A stretch of 44,670 bases of DNA, taken from positions 1-44,670 of the forward strand of contig JBFKDW010000017.1 in assembly GCA_041619515.1 (NCBI GenBank), written 5' to 3'. The position numbers were made by a program, and so were the translations under genes. The notes beneath the pieces were generated by a model that saw nothing but the letters and a program-made list of their open reading frames with translations, was not told where the DNA came from and did not search any database. Positions within the stretch are counted from its first letter, which is position 1. Each line of letters starts with the position of its first letter. Positions 42,503-44,670 of the stretch are shown here, piece after piece. The stretch is from Acidimicrobiia bacterium (lineage in GTDB: Bacteria; Actinomycetota; Acidimicrobiia; Spongiisociales; SHLN01).

Positions 42503-44344
42503 CTAGGAGCTCTCGCACCGAGCGCGGGGGAGAGGGTCCTGGTCGTCGGCCGCTCTCTCTTCTGCGCTGCGGGCGTACGCGGCGTCCGCCGCGTCCGGAT
42601 CGGCGAGAACACACTCGTAAATGAACCCGATGGCCGCATGAAAACGGGCCCGCTTGCCGGCTTCCAGGCTGACCTCGATGGCGATCCGGTATTCGTCGAC
42701 CGCCGCCTGCGGATCACCGTTCGCGAAGTGATATGCCGCCAGGCTCTGGTGGGCGTCCGCTACGAGGTTGCGCAGTCGATCGTTGCTGCTGTTCTCGGCA
42801 ATCACGCTCTCGAACTGCACCCGCGCCTCCTCCAGGAGGTTCTCTCCGTATTGGTTCAGACAGAGATAGATGCGACCGATTTCCAGCTCGGCCCGAGCCG
42901 GAAGGAAGGAGAGGGGCGGTGCGTCCATCCCGGTGACGTTCCGGAATTGGTCGGCGGCCTGGCCGAGAGCGCCCGGGTCGGCCGGTTCAGTGCCGGGCCC
43001 GCAAGCAGGACCCTTGTTTTCCTGGAACTGCACCTCGGCGAGGCCGAAGTGGCTGCGAGCGTAGGTGGGGTCGATGGCGAGGGCGCGTGAGTAATAGTCC
43101 CGGGCTTCGGCCAAATAGGTCTGGGCGTCGCTGGGCCGGTCGGCGGCCAGGTGTCCGGTAGCGTTGCCGAGCAGGTGGAAGACGACTTCCTTTCCCGTTT
43201 CGTTGCCCTGCCAGGCTGCTTCGGCATCGAGGAAGTGTTCCCGGGCGATCTCGTAGTCGCTGAGTGCGTAGTAGCTGAGGCCAACCACGAGCTCGGCGAC
43301 GGCCTCGGCCTGGGACTCGAGGACCGCAGAAACCTCTCTTGTGACCGCTACCGGGTCGGTCGTCGGCAATTCGATCAGCCCGAATGAATAGGCGCCTGCC
43401 AGCTCTTCGGCATTGCGCAGGTTCCGGTCGGATAGGTACAGCTCGGCAGAGAACACGCTCACGCCCGACCCTGCGTCGAGGTTGCCGAAGAGCACCACGT
43501 CTGCGTTGATCTTCTCGGCGAGGTCTCCGGCCTCACGCGTCCTGGCCTCCAGCGTTGAACCGTCGATGCGTCCGATGGTCGCAGGATCGGCAACGGCGAG
43601 GTTCTCGAAATCACCTGCTTGTTCGAACTCGAACAGCTTCTGACTGATACTTCGATGCGCGGCGTCGGCGATCCCGCGGGCGGTCGCGTCGTCGGCCTGA
43701 TTCGTGGTGCCGAACTGGGCTACGGCAACATTGAAATCACCGAGCAACGGACTGAGACCACCGCCGATCAGGGTGCCGACAACGAGTACGGCCGCCGCCA
43801 CCAGCCCCCCGGTAACCGCCAGCGACGGCAGTGGATGTGATTTCAACCATCTCGCCATACGCGGCCGCCCCCCGATCTCATCAATCAGGTGGTCGACGTC
43901 GTCGTCGAACCGGGCATTTCGTATCTCTGCGGTCTGGAGAAATGCCATGGGGCGGATGGATTCGGGAAGCTCGCCGGGGGAAGGCATTGGTGCCCCGTCG
44001 ACGAGGACCGGCATGACGACGTGATCCGGCTGGGCCATGGCCATCTCGACTTCGAGGCGCACGTAGTCCCCTGGGTCGTCGAGACGCCGTTTGCCGTCGG
44101 CGTCGGTGAGCGAAGTCCAGTCGGGTCCCATGACGACCAGCGTGACATCGCTGGCATCGATGGCTTCTTGGACCCGCTGCACAAAATCGACGCCGGTGCG
44201 TATCGTGTCGACGTCTCGGAACACGCGGCCTTTTCCGTAGTGGTCGGTCAGCCGGTCATAGATCCTTCCTGCGGAGCCCTGAGCGTCGTCCCGGCGGTAC
44301 CCGATGAAGATGCCCGCAATCGAACCTCCTCGCCTTCCCCACAT
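42503..44344 (-). CDS. TIR domain - transmembrane helix - TolB_N/CsgG-like - TPR protein
   Basis: IFIGYRRDD...GRIYDRL...VFRDVD.I..G.DF...I..S.V.LV.MG..W...DYVRLEV..A...V.PVL (TIR_2 type); one hydrophobic helix; FNVAVAQF...NADVVL.G; TPR-like helices (A..YY.RAL.IDP.YA.SHFGLA). Confidence 0.85.
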   Translation of the reverse strand: MWGRRGGSIAGIFIGYRRDDAQGSAGRIYDRLTDHYGKGRVFRDVDTIRTGVDFVQRVQEAIDASDVTLVVMGPDWTSLTDADGKRRLDDPGDYVRLEVEMAMAQPDHVVMPVLVDGAPMPSPGELPESIRPMAFLQTAEIRNARFDDDVDHLIDEIGGRPRMARWLKSHPLPSLAVTGGLVAAAVLVVGTLIGGGLSPLLGDFNVAVAQFGTTNQADDATARGIADAAHRSISQKLFEFEQAGDFENLAVADPATIGRIDGSTLEARTREAGDLAEKINADVVLFGNLDAGSGVSVFSAELYLSDRNLRNAEELAGAYSFGLIELPTTDPVAVTREVSAVLESQAEAVAELVVGLSYYALSDYEIAREHFLDAEAAWQGNETGKEVVFHLLGNATGHLAADRPSDAQTYLAEARDYYSRALAIDPTYARSHFGLAEVQFQENKGPACGPGTEPADPGALGQAADQFRNVTGMDAPPLSFLPARAELEIGRIYLCLNQYGENLLEEARVQFESVIAENSSNDRLRNLVADAHQSLAAYHFANGDPQAAVDEYRIAIEVSLEAGKRARFHAAIGFIYECVLADPDAADAAYARSAEERAADDQDPLPRARCESS

Positions 44345-44424
44345 CGCCTTTCTCGTTGTTTGGGTCGGTTCCGACAGTACACCAGGGGTGTTTGGGGGCT
44401 ATCTCAATCACGCTCCGTCGGCAT

Positions 44425-44670
44425 TCAATCCGCGGTCGCCTCGCGGTACGACCTGACGTAGTGTTCACGCAGCACGAAGCCGTGGAACGCACGGTGGAGT
44501 CGATGGCCGCCCGGCACGGAGGCCCCCAGTGTCAGCAGGGCGGCAAGGGTGAACGCGGCCCCGCCGTCCGGACGGAGCCGTCCCGGGCGAACCGCGCTCA
44601 CGCGCTCGATCAACGTGCTGGTCAACTCGGCGGGTGGGTGATCGGACAGGGCGGCTATGGCGATGGTGTG
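44425..44670 (-). CDS. 3' end of a gene truncated by the window edge (unknown product)
   Basis: Frame is open from the window end to TGA at 44425 (…HRAFHGFVLREHYVRSYREATAD). Confidence 0.45.
   Translation of the reverse strand, partial: HTIAIAALSDHPPAELTSTLIERVSAVRPGRLRPDGGAAFTLAALLTLGASVPGGHRLHRAFHGFVLREHYVRSYREATAD

Overview
High-GC bacterial chromosomal segment. Gene content (GuaB3, cimA-trpS, guaA-pcrA, DUF3048, DUF5667, many apparently leaderless genes) suggests an actinobacterium, possibly Acidimicrobiia-like; this is an inference. Positions 1-17 kb are mostly housekeeping: O-antigen ligase-like gene, GNAT, Nudix, DUF554, cimA with a leader-peptide attenuator, trpS, guaB3, guaA, pcrA and recQ, with an orphan CheA-like hybrid kinase plus REC-GAF pair between guaA and pcrA. 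Positions 17-37 kb are accessory and envelope genes: a secreted Cys-repeat protein next to an ECF sigma/DUF5667 pair, pflX-amrS-amrB, three proteins sharing a GDWDGDG repeat module (two are paralogous circularly permuted SpoIVB/S55-CHRD proteases), a BNR-MoaD pair, TetR and lipoproteins. Positions 37-44.3 kb hold the most unusual cluster: a SLOG-like-patatin fusion, a CLCA-like zincin-vWA protein, a lipoprotein and a membrane-anchored TIR-TPR protein. Together these resemble an undescribed TIR-signal to SLOG-sensor to phospholipase immune or conflict module. No rRNA, tRNA, CRISPR array, transposase or integrase was recognised. All domain calls are by-eye motif recognition, not database searches.
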